From Candidatus Nealsonbacteria bacterium (GTDB lineage: Bacteria > Patescibacteriota > Minisyncoccia > Minisyncoccales > MHMH01), in contig JBDRKR010000010.1 of the NCBI GenBank assembly GCA_043813805.1, forward strand, positions 16,696-80,695: 64,000 nucleotides of DNA, given 5' to 3'. Every line of letters starts with the position of its first letter. The first letter of the stretch is position 1. A program made the translations under genes and the position numbers. Under the pieces are notes generated by a model. That model searched no databases, was not told where the DNA came from, and worked only from the letters and a program-made list of their open reading frames with translations. Of this stretch, positions 62,906 to 64,000 are shown one piece after another.

Positions 62906-64000
62906 AGAATTTGTTGAAAATTATCGTATTATCGGCATTAGTCTCGGTTTTGGTTATGCCGGGACTTTTTATTTCAGCCAACCCGAGTCCTTCCGAAGAA
63001 AGACAGGCTCTGGAGCTGGAATTAAAACAGCTTGAAGATCAGATTGCCCAGTATAAAAAGGACATTACTAAAACCGAGCAGGACAAAAAAACCCTGGAAA
63101 ACAAGATTTATATTCTACAGAACACAATTAAAAAACTGGACCTGCAAATCAGCCAAAGCAATATTATTATTAAGGATCTGGGGTTACAGATTACGGATAC
63201 CGAAGATTCAATCGATAAAACCGCTTTGAAAATCGAAGAAGGGAAAACCAGGCTGTCCGCCATTCTGCAAGAAACCTACGAAGAAGACCAGCGCCCTTTG
63301 ATCGAAATACTGATCTCGGAAGGGATTTCAGATTTTTTTGATAATTTAGTGGCGCTGGAAGCTCTTAATGTAAAAAATCAGGAACTTTTAACTAATATCA
63401 AAGCGCTCAAATTGTATCTGGAAGACCAGAAAGAATCTTTAGACGATGAAAAAAGCTCTTTAGAAAAACAAGTAGCCATTCAGGCGCTGCAACGGCAGCA
63501 GAGCACTGCGACTAAGTCCCAACAGGATTCTCTGCTGAAGCTGACCGAAGCCGAATACCAAAAACAACTCGCCGAAAAGAGCAATGCGGAAAAACAAGCT
63601 CAAGTTATACGAAGCAGGATTTTTGAATTAATCGGCGTGCCTGAAGCTCCCACCTTCGAAGAGGCTTACAATATCGCTAAGTTCGCTTCAGATCAAATAG
63701 GCATCAGGCCCGCACTGTTGTTGGCTGTTTTAACGCAGGAATCAAATATCGGAAAAAATGTCGGCCAGTGTTATTTAAAAGATACGACGACCGGAGATGG
63801 CGTGAGGGTTAACGGAGCGTCTATCTCTAAAGTTATGAAGCCGACTCGGGACGTAAAGCCGTTTTTACAAATAACAAAAGCCCTGGGGAGAGACCCCTTA
63901 AACACTCCCGTTTCTTGCCCGATTCCTTCGGTTGGGGGATACGGAGGAGCTATGGGACCCGCCCAGTTCATTCCTTCTACTTGGGTGATGTATGAAAATC
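62902..64000 (+). CDS. secreted coiled-coil protein with lytic murein transglycosylase domain (3' truncated by window; not in ORF track)
   Basis: ATGA overlap with rplY; signal peptide, long coiled coil, LAVLTQESNIG, GAMGPAQFIPSTW. Confidence 0.85.
   Translation, partial: MKNLLKIIVLSALVSVLVMPGLFISANPSPSEERQALELELKQLEDQIAQYKKDITKTEQDKKTLENKIYILQNTIKKLDLQISQSNIIIKDLGLQITDTEDSIDKTALKIEEGKTRLSAILQETYEEDQRPLIEILISEGISDFFDNLVALEALNVKNQELLTNIKALKLYLEDQKESLDDEKSSLEKQVAIQALQRQQSTATKSQQDSLLKLTEAEYQKQLAEKSNAEKQAQVIRSRIFELIGVPEAPTFEEAYNIAKFASDQIGIRPALLLAVLTQESNIGKNVGQCYLKDTTTGDGVRVNGASISKVMKPTRDVKPFLQITKALGRDPLNTPVSCPIPSVGGYGGAMGPAQFIPSTWVMYEN

Noticed and set aside
164-63971. Numerous antisense or alternate-frame ORFs in the track (e.g. 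904-1275, 5466-5915, 8174-8671, 32518-33075, 58762-59376, 61444-61908)
   Set aside because: They overlap well-supported genes and show no motifs or start signals; they are treated as shadow ORFs.
1-64000. tRNA or rRNA genes
   Set aside because: I recognised no cloverleaf with a GTTCGA T-loop and acceptor stem, and no rRNA signature, in the intergenic space. A covariance scan would be needed to exclude them fully.

Overview
The window reads as chromosome from a small-genome Patescibacteria (CPR) bacterium, most like Parcubacteria/Ca. Nealsonbacteria. This is inferred from gene content and style. The code is standard code 11, and almost all genes lie on the + strand. About 1-43 kb is a patchwork of short, mostly single-gene accessory units with a few housekeeping genes (ppdK, DEAD-box helicase, typA, ychF). 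About 43.8-64 kb is a fermentation/core block: SDR, NuoF-like subunit plus [FeFe]-hydrogenase, ftsZ, trxB, eno, gpmA, gap, split ADP-forming acyl-CoA synthetase, pilin, ppsA, PfkB kinase, fba, ferredoxin, rplY and a partial lytic transglycosylase. I found no rRNA, tRNA, CRISPR array, transposase or integrase. The most notable observations are: (1) a self-contained two-gene operon with a splicease-like radical SAM/SPASM enzyme and a protein carrying repeated K-Y-G-P motifs; (2) a recurrent hairpin/T-tract/extended -10 junction module separating cassette-like genes; (3) a class of ORFan genes with a full sigma70 promoter, a boxA-like motif and a Shine-Dalgarno (SD) site, contrasting with SD-less or leaderless native genes; (4) promoter-bearing small hairpin RNAs convergent on the DUF3800 and NYN nuclease genes, plus a free-standing two-UUCG sRNA; (5) many families of short palindromic repeats, several inserted in frame into proteins. 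All family assignments are from motif recognition by eye, not database searches.
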